Shown here: piece after piece, positions 1 through 18,975 of the stretch | Layout: each line of letters starts with the position of its first letter | Numbering within the stretch: the stretch's first letter is position 1 | From: Blastocystis sp. Blastoise | Lineage: Eukaryota > Protista > Bigyra: Opalinata | Assembly (NCBI GenBank): GCA_039096225.1 | Contig: JBBPEB010000011.1 | Location: 868,001 to 932,000 of the forward strand | DNA: 64,000 nt | Direction: 5' to 3' | Notes under the pieces: generated by a model | What the model was told of the DNA's origin: nothing | The model's input: the letters and a program-made list of their open reading frames with translations, nothing else | The model's database searches: none | Position numbers and translations under genes: made by a program

Positions 1-5605
<5,605 letters not shown>

Positions 5606-6467
5606 TTTGATTGTATGTAAAATACAAAAAAATAATAAAAAGAAATTATTTTCGCAAAATAAAAGTATCCGTTATTATTGTGAAAATATCAAATAAAAGG
5701 CACTTTTTACAAAAGAAACTAGAATATTTCTTGTTAAAGAATTTTTTAAATTTCACCTTGCAACAGCTTTAATAGATAGTGATACATTTATATTAAGGTG
5801 ATCCTGTTTTTTGAGAAGCACTAAAGTTGATATTATGATGTTTTAAAACAATATTATAAGAAATATGTAATTAATTATGTGAGTTTTTCTGATATAATTT
5901 CAAATATAGAACTTAGGTTGGTCACGAACAAAATAATTATTAGCATAATTAATGAACCATTAAATTTAGAAAATAGAGGACTTTCAAACAAACAAGACGA
6001 CTTCACATAATAGATCAATAAGAAAGACACGTTGATAAATAAAAGAAATTCACCATATATATATAATATATATATATAGGTTATTAGGATATAGTATGAA
6101 TGTACATATACAGTTAGAAAAAATGTAGACGAAGAATGACATAAAAAAATATCATAAAAAAAGAGTATATAATAATAAAATGAAGTTGAAGGTTTATATA
6201 TATATGTTTAAAAAACATTTTACTAAATTAAAGAAATATATATTTAGAATATTTTAGATGATAAAATGAAAGATAGAAAAAAACAATGATAAACGAGATT
6301 TGAAAATATACATGATTATGTTTAAAACAAACAAAAATAAAGTTGAGAAACTACTAAAGAAAAATGATTTAAAAAAAAAAAAACAGAATTTGATAATTAA
6401 ATGAATGAAATATATACAAATTATATAGATATAAAATATATGAAAACATAAATAATAATTAAATTGT

Positions 6468-9400
6468 TTATGCAACAATAAAAGTATAGACAAGTACAAC
6501 AATCATAAGTGCAATTAATAATAAACAACTTAGAACAACTAAAGGAGTAATAATATTAAATACAGTCTTCTTCTCATTCTTAACAGTCTTAAGAACTTTC
6601 TTTCCACCTAAAAAAATATATAGATAATAAGAATAGTCATAATAATAGTTATTATATAAATAATACTATAATAATAAATAATCTAAATAATAAATAAATA
6701 ATTATAATATATACTAGCAGGAACATGTGTTTTCTCTTGAGCTTTACCACTTTCAATTTCAAATGGTTTTATATTATTAGATTGTCTATGTGCTTCTATA
6801 TCATTATTATGAATAGGAATAATATCATTAGAATTATTATTATGTATAATATCAGTACCACGAGGTGATTCATTTTCAGCTTCTAAAATAAGTGTTTCTT
6901 CATTAGGAACAGGAACTTCTTTGTCTTCTTTAATATTTACATCTTGAATATCTATATGAACTTCTTCAGGAATAGCAACTTCATTATTATTATTATTATT
7001 ATTCATATCAGATTCTATAGGAATAATAGTTTCTTGTTTATTCTCAATTTCAGGTTCTACTTCAATTTGAACATCATTAATATCAATTGGTTGTTCATTA
7101 ACTTGTTCTACAGGAGTAGGTACTACTACTTCTTCTTCTACTTTCTTTTCTTCTTCTTCTTGTTGATTATTAAGAACAGCAGCAGTAGCAATAGCAGCAG
7201 TAGTAGCAACAGCAGCAACAACAGGAACAACATTATTATTTTCTTCTTTTTCTTCTTCTTTTTCTATAATTAATTCTTGTTCTTCTTCTACAGGAGCAGG
7301 TTGTTCTTCAATAACAATAGGTTGTTCTTCTTCAATAGCAGCCTTTGGTTCTTCTGTATCTTCAATAACAATAGGTTGTTCTTCTTCAATAATAGTATTA
7401 TCAGTAGCTTTCATAGTATCATGATCAACAATAGTTTCAGGAGTAATATCACTATCTTTAATATCTTCTAAATTAACGTCATCAATAACAATAGTATTCA
7501 TACCACTTTCTAATTGTTGTTGTACTAAAGAAACTTTCTCTTCATGTGCAGAAGGAAGACTTTCTTTAGTTAATTCTACTGTATGATAATTCTCTTCAAG
7601 AATAGAATCATTTGTAGATTGTTGTTGTTGTTGTTGAGAAATAATAGCAGGAATAACAGGTTCTTCACTAGGAACATTACGAATAACAGTAGTTTCATAA
7701 TTATCAGAGATTTCTATAGGTTGTTCAGTCGATTGTTCATTATGAGTAGATTGTTCATTATTATCTATTTCTATAGGTACTTCTTCTTCTATTACTTTCT
7801 TTACTTCTTCTTCTTCTTGTTGATTATTAAGGACAACAGCAGTAGCAATAGCAGCAGTAGCTACAGCAGCAGTAGCAGCAGTAGCAGCAACAATAGGAAC
7901 AACATTATTATTTTCTTCTTCTTTTTCTTCTTCTTGAACACTAGGTTCTTCAACAGTAATAACTTCAGGTTTCTTTTCTTCTTCTTTATTTTCTTCTGTT
8001 TGAACAAAAGGGTAAGGATATTCAGGAGTAAAAACTGGTATTTCTTGTCTATTTTCATAAGCAACTAATTCATTAATTAAACTAAGAGTAGTAAATTGAT
8101 TACAATCTCTTCTTTTATAAAATAAAATATAACCAAATTTAGTACATACTTGATCTTTAGAAATAGAAGTCATTCTACTATCATTATAATCATACCATTT
8201 TTCTTCTCCTTCATTCATATCTTTACAATAAGCATTATAATGTCCAAAATTAGCATCACCATTATGATTACTAACAGCAATTAAATCATATAAACAATGA
8301 TTATTATCATATTGTTCACGTATACTATCACTAAGATAAGGAGATAAGTCTAATCCATCTATAGGGAATTCTACAAATGTATTAATCTTTCTTTTACCTA
8401 ATTCAGTATTAATACGACTATTTTGAAGAGGAGAAATAGACATAGGTATATATTCAAATCTCTTTAAATGAATAATAAGTATAGGAGGTAATCTCCAAAG
8501 ATGATTAATATTCTCAGCTAATACTGTTTGACTACAATTAGAACATTTCCTATATATATATATTGAGTTATTAGTATGTTTTATTATTTTTTAAATATAT
8601 ATAATAATGATAAATATAATAAAAATAATAATAATAATAATAAATATATCATACCAAATAGCTTGTTCACTAATAAGTGTAGATTGAATAAATAAAGTTA
8701 AACATTGTTCTAAAGTAATACGTTTATTTTCATTTTGTTGTTCTAATTCTTCTTCACTAGTATATTCACTAAAAGGTAATAAAGATACACTACATGTTTC
8801 TTTAATACGTAAAGGTAATTCTTCATTAATAGTAACTTCTTCAGTCTTTATATTTGTATTTGATTCAATAGTATCCCAAACAGCTACAGCAAATCTTATT
8901 TCTTCAGCTTTATCAGGTAATAAAGAAGATATAAGTGTATCACTATCCCATTGTATATCTGAATCATCACTACTTTGATCGGCCATTATATCACAATATT
9001 TATTAAATGTTGATAAACCTTTATTATATACATTATTCGAAAATAAATATACAGCAGGTACTTCCATTGCTATATAAAAGTATAAATTATATTTTTATTT
9101 ATATATACTATTTTATTTATTTAAATATATAATATAATAATAATATAAAAAAAAAATAATAATATTAAAAAAAATAATAATAATAATATATATACCATCT
9201 TCACTAATAAAATTATTTCTTTCATTAGCAACAATAATCATTTTACTAAGTCCCATAACGACTTTATTACTAAGAGTACCAACAGATTCATTAGGTTCAC
9301 ACATAATAAGTAAAGGTATACCAAGAGATTGAGGTAAAGATAAAGCACGATAATTAGTACCATTTACAACAAAGAAAGAATTACATAAGAAAAGAGGAAC

Positions 9401-9483
9401 ATAATCAGCAGGAGTATCAGCAGGTATCTAAGATATTATATTAAGTATTATAATAATAATAAAAAATTTATAAAGTAAGAAAA

Positions 9484-9515
<32 letters not shown>

Positions 9516-10951
9516 CAAAATAAAAATAAAAATAAAAATAATAATAATAATAATAAATATATATATACAGGATAAGCTAATAATGTTCTTCCAGCATCAA
9601 TACTAGTATTATTACTGAAATAGAAATTAACTTTAAATTGAGTATTTACTTTATAAAACTTATAATATCCTTTTTTATCTTTTTTCATTTCTAAGAATAT
9701 ATAATTAACATTAGGAGTATTTTTAATATCATTTAATTTATTTCCTAATGAAGACATAGCATCATCTTTTTCTACTTGAATCGCTTGATTTTCACAACTT
9801 AATTGAAATTCATATTCTTCAGAATCTATTATAGTACTATGATGTATAATATTAATAGACACTTGTATCTTATCTTGAACTAAAGGTAAATGTAAAAACT
9901 CAAAAGGTTCAAAATTAGTAACAACCTATAGAGTATTATTATTATTATATTATTATATATATTTAAAGGAATAATTTAAACGAAATATATATATATAAAC
10001 ATATATAGAATTTTAAGAAAAAAAAATTATATATAATGATATCCATTTATCAATTATATTATAATAATATTTAAAAAATATATATATTTCTCTTAATATT
10101 AACATTATTAAAAATATATACATGTTGACAATTTTGACATTTAATTTCAGTACAGAATTGTCCATAGAATAAATTCGTTAAGAAAGTTTGGTTTCTTCTA
10201 GCGAATTCAACCCAATTTTCATCTGCAAAAGTAGAATCAATAGAAGTATAATTTGGAGGATTAAAATAAGTAGTATCAGATGAAGAATTTAATTCTTGAG
10301 ATAAACCATCAAGAACAAAAGACTATAATATATATATTAATAATATAATTAATAATATAATTAATAATATAATTAATAATATAATTAATAATATAATTAA
10401 TAGAATAAAAAATAATATAATTAATAACATAATAAATAAAATAATAAATAAGATAATAAATAAAATAATAAATAATATAATAAATAGAATAAAAAATAAT
10501 ATAATAAATATACAAGTAGTTCATGAGAATCGTGTTGATCACCATCAGCAAGTTGAGGAGCAATAGCAGCAACAGCATTTAATATTGCTTTAGGATTTAC
10601 AGAAGTTTCTTTACCAGACCAAAGACTAGTTAAAAAGTTATGTAATTCAAGAGTCATTCCTTGATCATTTTTGACATTATTCACCTAAACCAAAATAAAT
10701 AGATTATTTAATATTATCAAGAAAATAAATTTAAATGAAAATAATAATAATAGATAAAGAAAAGAACTATAAATGAATAGTAATAAAAATATTTTACATA
10801 CATTTTTATTACCTTCTTCAGCAACAAGATTATGAGTGAACTCAGGAATATGTGATAAACATTGAAGAGCAGATGCCAAGAAACAAGTATTACCTATATT
10901 CTGAATACCAGTACGGCCTCTCTTAACGATTCTTTGATTTTGATTAGACAT
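6468..10951 (-). CDS. Ubiquitin-specific protease (USP4/15/19-like split catalytic domain) with acidic tail and C-terminal transmembrane anchor
   Basis: Cys box GIQNIGNTCFLASALQCLSH, QHDSHELL, CQNC and CSNC zinc pairs, LPPILIIHLKRF, His box YDLIAVSNHNGDANFGHYNAYCK...WYDYNDS; last exon (6607-6468) encodes KKTVFNIITPLVVLSCLLLIALMIVVLVYTFIVA*. Confidence 0.93.
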
Positions 10952-11989
10952 TATTATTTTATAGAAAGGCAAAATAATACCAAAAAAATCTATCCATGGA
11001 ATGTCTGTAACAATTTAGCCCTTTTCCTTTGTCCCGTAAATGGTTTTTATTTTTCCAGTTAATTTGCGGGAAAAAACCTTTTTTATCGAAAAGATGGTCT
11101 TAGTGTATCGACACCTCTCCAATTCATCTGTAAAAAGAATGAATAAGGAATATAATTGGATACTTAATTCAAACAACCAATAATATTCTATTAAAACGAA
11201 TGGCTTCTTCAAACACTTCTTTTCTCTATGTTTCACGGGGAATTATAAATCTCTATTTCATGAAAAGTGTTTTTTCTTGATTATTTATTTCAATTTTTAG
11301 AGGCATCATTTTATTGGATATTTTTGAATTTTTGAAGATTCTATTGGATATAAGAAAATTCTTTTTTTTTTCAATTTAATTAGGTATAGAATAATATATT
11401 TCTGAAAAACCTCTTCTAGTCAATCTAGTAGAGGTCCAGAAATATATAAACAGAATTTATGTCAAGCATTGATAGAATGAAAATATGTTTTCGTTGCCTA
11501 TAAAAGACTTTTGAAGTTTATATTCATTGGAAGAAACTATTTTGATACTGTGGAAAGAACTAAAAGAATATGAATGTCTTCATTACAAAATGTATATCAT
11601 TTTCAATAATAGAATTCTAAATAGGAATATATGTTTTTCCTCATATTCACGGTTGTTCACAGAAACTCAGACAATTTGACAAACAAGAGTCCACATTAAT
11701 TTCAGTTCATCATTGATTATTAAACTTGTTTCTCTTTTTAATACAGCAAATCACGTTTTTTTCTTCTGAAATAAACAGGAAAAAATGAACGATATCATAA
11801 AAATCTACTAATAAAACAAAGAAACTAAAAAAAGAAAACCGTGCATATTTTCAGGATTATTCATTTCAATTTACTATAAAAACAGAAATGTATTTGTTTG
11901 TTTTCATTTCTTTAATATTTTTTTGCATATTTCTTTTAATTCTTTGAATTTAAGAATACTTTTATTAGAAAGAGATTTTTCAGTTAATA

Positions 11990-12786
11990 ATGATTCCAGT
12001 TTATGAAGATAACTCAACTGTTGAACAAGAAGATGATAATTCTCCTTACGAAGTATTTGATTTTTTATTCACAGATTCTTGTTTTTATTTTCTTTCTATA
12101 TGTATATTAAATTATAGGGAAGAATAGTAGCAGAATCTATGTTGAATATATCAAAGAGTTTAATCACCAAAGAAGAAGTACCTCAACAACCCTATGTATA
12201 TAGTTCATCTCATTGCAAATATCATATTAAAATAATAATTCTATATATATATATATATATTTCTATTTATTACATGTATAGTATTGGGAACCAGATTATC
12301 CAATTAATGATCCAAGAGATCTTACACTCACAACAATTATCTCACATAATATATATTATTCTCTATCTACGATTGTTAATTGGTGTGTAGAAGCAGGAAA
12401 ACAGGTAATTGACTTTTTAGGATGGAATCAATCAAATTATGAATGGATTGTACAAGATATGAAAAGAGAAGAAGAAGAAAAAGAAGCCGAAGAAAGATAT
12501 AAAATAACACAATATGAAGTATATTTTTATTATTCTATTTATTATTCTATTTTTTTATTCTATTTATTATTCTATTTATTATTCTATTTATTATTCTATT
12601 TTTATTCTATTTATTATTCTATTCATTATTCTATTTTATTATTCTATTTTATTATTCTATTTATTATTCTATTTATTATTCTATTATTATTTATATTATC
12701 TTTAGAATACTTTAAGACGAAGAGAATATGCTATTAAAAATCAACAAATACAAGCTGAAGAAGGTCAACAGAAAGCTTTGAATTAA
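11990..12786 (+). CDS. FAM177-family protein (4 exons)
   Basis: Spliced product contains DPRDLTL...STIVNWCVEAGKQVIDFLGWNQSNYEWIVQDMKREEEEKE, resembling the FAM177 core (DP..LTW...CD.LGEK.A..LG....KYQY.IDE...EEEE); three in-phase GT-AG introns. Confidence 0.65.
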
Positions 12787-13299
12787 TTGTATTATTCCTT
12801 TGCTATATTATCTTGTTTCTTTTATGCGAATATCATTAAAATACTTATGTACTTATTTTCTCTATCTTCTTTGCCTTCCTTCTTCTTTTTAATCTTGTTT
12901 ATATTGCATATTTATAAACGCAATCAATATTTTTTTCATTCATTCACTTTTCTTCTTAGTTTTTTTTCATTTTCTTTCTTTCTCAATTTTTCCCCAATCA
13001 TCTTTAAACTTTGTTTGTTCATCTAGTTAGTTTCTATTAATGGATTCCATTTTTTTTTAATGTGTTTACGTATATATTGTTTTGTTCAGCATTCTCTACC
13101 CTTCTATCATCTCTTTCATTAACTATAAACTCAAAAAGACCGTATTCTTAGTTGATTTCGACTGAAAATCATCTAAAAACAAGTTTTATTTTTTTGTAAA
13201 ACTGTCAAATTTCCCTTGAGAATTAAAAAAATTACTATAAAACTGATCTTATTATTGTAACCATATTTAATACATTTCGCTTAATAGGAGTTCATCATA

Positions 13300-14025
13300 A
13301 TGTCATCTCTTATATCGTTCTGTCTTGAAAAGTCTACTCTTTTATTAACTAGCTTTTATACATATAATTTATTGAAAAGCGAAAGTTCAGATGAAAATAA
13401 CAAACAAAAAGGTGTTATTCTTGGCATATGGATCTTCTTAGCTATTGAATCTATCATCACAAACTTATCTGAATTCATCCTGAGATGGTATACTAAATAT
13501 ATATTGCTTCAATATTGATATATCACTATTTTAGGTTTCCTTTCTATTATGAAATCAAGATATTATTATTATTATTTGTAGTGGGTTGTTTATATATGGT
13601 ATATATTATTTATTTTAGTTATATATACTACTTTTTAAATCTTTGCGAATAAATATGAATTATTTTTATTATTCTATATTATCATTTATTATAATAGAGA
13701 AATGAATTAGCTTATCAAACTATTGTAGCCCCAATAATGAGATTAGTTACTCACTATTTCATTCCTACATTTTTAAAGTATATATATTTATAAAAATTAT
13801 TCTTTTTCAAAGATTTATATAATTATAATTATATATAGATGTTTAACTTCTTTTTATTCATCATTCTTAACTGTTTGTGTATCTATTGTAGATACTAAAC
13901 AATTATCTAAAATAAGAAAAGATCAAGTGGAATTAGAAAAGAAGATTCGACAAGATTATCATATACCTGAACAACATCATAAAGGGACTTATAGTAAAAT
14001 CCTAAATTCTTTTGATGAAGAATAA
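13300..14025 (+). CDS. TB2/DP1/HVA22 (REEP-like) ER-shaping protein (4 exons)
   Basis: GIWIFLAIESIITNLSEFILRW|FPFYYEIKILLLLF...AYQTIVAP matches the HVA22/REEP signature W.P.YYE.K. Confidence 0.85.
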
Positions 14026-14743
14026 TAGCTATATACTTAATTCTTATTTTTGTTTATATATATATTTGTTTTTAATATTGTATTTCATGTCATTCTAATT
14101 CTTTTCTCATCTATATTTGTTTTTCTTTTAGATATATTAAAATATTTTATATAATTTTAGATGAAAGACAAGGTATACATGAATATACATAAATATACAT
14201 GAATATATAGATATATAAATGGAAACATAAAACAACCAGTATTTTTTTGTCAAAAACAAGTATTATTTAAAAGAAGAAACACTATTTCTCTGCAAATCAC
14301 TTTAGAAACATTGTAATAAAAAGATACACCCATTGAATACTACTATATACATTATTAAGAAAACAAATATATTCACATAAAAATAAACTTTAAATTATTA
14401 GTCTATTTTAAAAACTAATTGTATTAAAATATATAATTATAAAATACATAATGTAGCACATTGAATACCATTAAAAACCGTTATTACCCAATATAAAAAT
14501 AAGAAAACAAAAACAAAAATATCAAAGACTATTAGATCTATTATAATAACAATCATATGAAAAAAAAAAAAATGAAAAAAAATAAAGAACAATGAAATCA
14601 TCAAGAAAGAACCTACTAAAAAAGAATTGAAAAACAATTGAAAATGAAAAAGATAAAAATATATACAAAAAAAAGAAAGAAAATAAGCTTTAAAATATAA
14701 TTTATGATTTTATAGAATATTTATTATTTTGAGAATAAATAAT

Positions 14744-15580
14744 TTATTCTTGAATGGAAATAGAATTTTGTTCAGAATCAGTATATTGATATACACTATT
14801 TGTTTCTATATCTTTCAAATCATCTTCATCATCATCATCTTCTTCTTCTAGAGGTGCATGAGGAATAGAATTAATAGTATTTAAAGTAGACTCAGGTTCA
14901 TAATATAAGAAAGATGACCAACCATCAGTAATAAAGAATTTTATAAAAATACCACAAAAAATACCTCCAGAAAAACGAGTATAAAAACTATCTGTTTTAT
15001 AAATTAAATTAATTAAGAAAAAGAAAGTAGTCCAAGAGAAATGCATATGTATTTCATGACTTTTTGAAGTAAAATAAAGAAGAGATCCAACACCATAATA
15101 AAATAATATAGGAAATAAAGAAATAGCATATATAATAAAATCAGTTTGAACGAATAAAGAAGAAATAATTAAATATAGAAATCCTAAAATTAAAATTGTA
15201 TAGATCAAGTAAGAAAGCCATGTCCATGATTTGATTTGTTTTAAAGGAATATTTAATGAATCCATTTCACAAAGAGCGCCACAAATAAATAAACTAAAAG
15301 TGCATGGAATATAGAATTCAACGAACGACATCAAGATACTTGGACCAAGAGTAGTAAAGAAATTACCAAAAGAAAAGTAAAAACCACTAATAATACTTAA
15401 CTGAACGATATCTTCAAATAGAAATGCTCTTTTTCTACTCATACGCTTCCATTTGAATAAACGAGAAAGAAGACGATAACCAATATAGAAAACAATATGA
15501 ACAATAATGAAAATGTAAAGCTGACAATAAAACCAAACTTTATCATCTACATCAAAACTCAATATATCAGTAGTATTCAT
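14744..15580 (-). CDS. Uncharacterised multipass membrane protein (about 7-8 hydrophobic segments, HEIHMH motif, acidic tail), intronless
   Basis: Uninterrupted ORF of about 278 aa with normal composition; first ATG at 15580. Confidence 0.75.
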   Translation of the reverse strand: MNTTDILSFDVDDKVWFYCQLYIFIIVHIVFYIGYRLLSRLFKWKRMSRKRAFLFEDIVQLSIISGFYFSFGNFFTTLGPSILMSFVEFYIPCTFSLFICGALCEMDSLNIPLKQIKSWTWLSYLIYTILILGFLYLIISSLFVQTDFIIYAISLFPILFYYGVGSLLYFTSKSHEIHMHFSWTTFFFLINLIYKTDSFYTRFSGGIFCGIFIKFFITDGWSSFLYYEPESTLNTINSIPHAPLEEEDDDDEDDLKDIETNSVYQYTDSEQNSISIQE

Positions 15581-16313
15581 ACTCAATTCTATTCAATTAT
15601 TATTCTCCAAAGAAATAAAAGATAAAAATAAATGATTTGGAATTCCCTAAAAAAGAGGATGTATTCTTAGTATTCGTCCAAAAATAATCAAAAAATCTTC
15701 TTCGGAACATTTCGATAACTATTTCGAGTTCCATAAAGTATATGAATGACGCACTTTTTGTATCTTTAGTTGTTTAAAGGTTGACATGAGAGATCTACTA
15801 ATTTGTTATATGTAGTTGTCATTTACATGTACATAAGCAAAATAATATATCATTTCCTTCTCATTTTAAGTTTTTAAGAAATGCATACGTTTTGATATAA
15901 AAGTCTTTTTTTGTTTCTTATATCTTCATTTATAAGCATATCGTATCTCCATATCTATATTTTTACAAACAAACAAAAATCAAGTTGATCACTAACTGAT
16001 ATTTTGTTTCTTTTGTTTGATTTTTAGAATAGAATGGTGCTAAAAGTATATATAAGCGATACAAATTCATATGAACACTATTGTGATTATTATTTGATAA
16101 TAATTGTAAAAAAAATGATAATATATCAAAAATATAGTTATCATTATTAATATAAGTTCTAAATTGTTTCATTAATCATGATGAGAATAGTTCTTGGGAA
16201 AAACAAGATTAGAAAAAGAAATGTCGTTTATAAATATATTGTGTATCTCAAACAAAACTAATACTATAAGAGAACAACATAAAAAAAGTTTGAGAAATAT
16301 GATTTCAAATATT

Positions 16314-16979
16314 TTATATAAATAATTTAGAATTATTGTTGATTGTTATGTGAAAATCAATATCCTTTCTGGATTTTAATATTTTTCCTAATCGTTCTAA
16401 ATGGTATGGAATATCTTCATTAATAATATCTTGAACCCAATTTGGAATATTTCCATTTAGTTTAGTTTGAGCAACCATTGTAGCTATACAACGATTTTGA
16501 TCTATATCTTGTTCAAAGATATAAGCTGACATCATATTGCCTCTTATTTTCCCAGGAGGACTAGGATAAGTATTGTGAGGTACATCCCACCAACATAAGA
16601 TATATTTACCTTCTTCTAATACTTGCCAATAACGATATACATAAAAATCACGTCCTGAAATCATATATTTTCCTTTATATATGATATGTTGAATGCAAAG
16701 ATGATCTGATAATTGATTTAAAACATGTTCTTCTTCTATTAAGGAATCTAACTGACGAGTTAAGTCAGAATCACAAGAGTGTGACATCATAACTTCTGGA
16801 GATAGGTCTATATATGTTTTAGATATTGACGTACGAACATCATTCTCTTTATTAATCCATAATGAAAATGTATCAGAGTTCTTTTTTTGAACCCAATTAC
16901 TGGTAGTAGCACTTTGAATAGATGAGAGAATTTCAGTTATGGTTTCTTCAGCTTCTCTAATAATTGTATCTTGATTCAT
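16314..16979 (-). CDS. START-domain lipid-transfer protein, intronless
   Basis: W..KK, ISGRDFY..R.W, PPGKIRG, and KLNGNIPNWV motifs typical of START domains. Confidence 0.9.
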   Translation of the reverse strand: MNQDTIIREAEETITEILSSIQSATTSNWVQKKNSDTFSLWINKENDVRTSISKTYIDLSPEVMMSHSCDSDLTRQLDSLIEEEHVLNQLSDHLCIQHIIYKGKYMISGRDFYVYRYWQVLEEGKYILCWWDVPHNTYPSPPGKIRGNMMSAYIFEQDIDQNRCIATMVAQTKLNGNIPNWVQDIINEDIPYHLERLGKILKSRKDIDFHITINNNSKLFI

Positions 16980-17206
16980 AGATGTTTAGAATAAAAATTA
17001 TTTTAATGATCGAAATATCAATGATGATTATTTCGATCGATACAATGTATGTACCTCAGCATCTCTCTTTCGAAAAAAAAACGAGTTCTATTTTTCGAAA
17101 AAAGAATTCAAAAATACAAAACTATAAAAAATGAACAATTATGGCACTTACTGGAACGTTGCAATCATTTTTTTAATTTTTTTAGCAAAATAAGGTCTGA
17201 AGAGAT
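16980..17206. promoter_or_regulatory. Short divergent intergenic region (START / PAP2), putative bidirectional promoter
   Basis: Head-to-head ATGs about 227 bp apart. Confidence 0.4.
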
Positions 17207-17992
17207 ATGTTGAAAATGTTTAATAAAATTGGCGTTAAAGAAAAAACATTGATTAACTATGGTTTAGGCTTTCTATTCTATATAATCATGGTAATTATTG
17301 ATAGAGTCATTAGTAATCTCCCAGCTCATCATACAGAAGTATTTGAAGGTGATCTTACATATTCTCATCTTCCTAGTAGTACTGTCAGGTATATTGTTTT
17401 TCATTATTTTTTTACAATTAACAATTAATATCTTATAAAACTTTATATATTGTAGTATAACTTTGGATTATATCATCAGTTATTTAATACCTGGCGTTAT
17501 AACGCTTATTACAACCTTTGTTCTCAATAAAAAGAATCCTTTTTATGTATTTTGACATGTCTACTCCTTTTATCAAAGTATTTTTTATCTAGCCTTGTTT
17601 GAATGTTATCTATGTTTCGCTTCAATCCTATGCTCTTACTGAATTAATTGTGAAATCATTAAAAGTTATTGCTGGAAGACCTCGACCTTCTTTCTTTGCT
17701 ATTTGTGGGTATTTTATTATTATTATTGTAGTATTATGATTATTTTTTGTAATTTTAAAAATTTATCAATATTTATATTAGTTTTTTTATTCTCTTATGA
17801 ATAATATATATATAATTTTTTTATTTTCTTTTAATCTATAGATATCCTCTTCAGAATAATAATACTCGTATATATGGTACATATGGTGTTGTTGCAGATA
17901 TCACAAAATGTCAAAATGTATTTTTATTCTATATATATGTTTATATGTATTCTATTTTTTATTTAAGTATTCAACTATAGAGTTATTATTCT

Positions 17993-18029
<37 letters not shown>

Positions 18030-18355
18030 GATTCTATATCGGAAGCTTTTTCGTCATTCCCTTCAGGTCATTCTTCAGTAGCTATGGGCGCTTCTTCTCT
18101 TTATATATTAATCTATATATATCAATTATATCCATTAATACCAAATTGTTCTCTTCTTTTTAAAAAAGTATATAAATATTGTTCATATGTATTTATTAAA
18201 AAACGATAATATATATATATATGTATTAAAAAAATAGATATCTATAGATAATTATTTCATTATCATATAAATAACATTCTTTTCTATATAGGCTATTTCA
18301 TTAATTTGGTGTTTTTTATTATTTTTTATGGCTCTTTTTGTTGGTGCTTCTAGAT

Positions 18356-18386
<31 letters not shown>

Positions 18387-18603
18387 TTTCTATTTCAATA
18401 GAATTAAAAGACTAAAATAATTATTATCTATATAGTTTGATTTTAAACATTTTATAAGTGATATTTTTGCAGGTTTTATTATATCTATATGTGTTTCTCT
18501 CTTTTCTTACTATATGACCTATAAGATGATACTTGATGTAGACAGTGAGAAAAAGAAATATGATGATGGTAAGAATTATGGATCTCCTGCTTCTGTTGTG
18601 TAA
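17207..18603 (+). CDS. PAP2-family lipid phosphate phosphatase (7 exons)
   Basis: All three catalytic motifs after splicing: KVIAGRPRP, SFPSGHSS, SRF|FDFKHFISDIFAG. Confidence 0.93.
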
Positions 18604-18975
18604 CTTATTATTTAAGAACTCTTTTATTCTTTAAATACAAATTACTTTTGATATGTTTGTATTCAATCGTGTTTAGTTTATAATAGGAAGATATAACAAG
18701 ATAAAAACAACAACAAACTACGATGTGTATATCTATTAATAAGAAAAACATTAATAACAATAAAAAATATGAATATTCAAACTGTACATAGAATAAACAT
18801 TGTATATATATTAGAATAATGATTTATAATATAAAAAATGAGAAAACATAAAGAACAAAGAATAAAATGTTTAAAAATATATGTATATATATAAGTAAAA
18901 ATAGAATTTGAGTTATTGAATAATAGGGAAATAACAAAAAAATAATAGTATTTTTAATCTTTATAAATAATGAAA

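Noticed and set aside
11015-11236. Short intergenic ORFs (also 15963-16172, 53372-53560, 53850-54131)
   Set aside because: No recognisable motifs or exon-chain support; consistent with chance ORFs.
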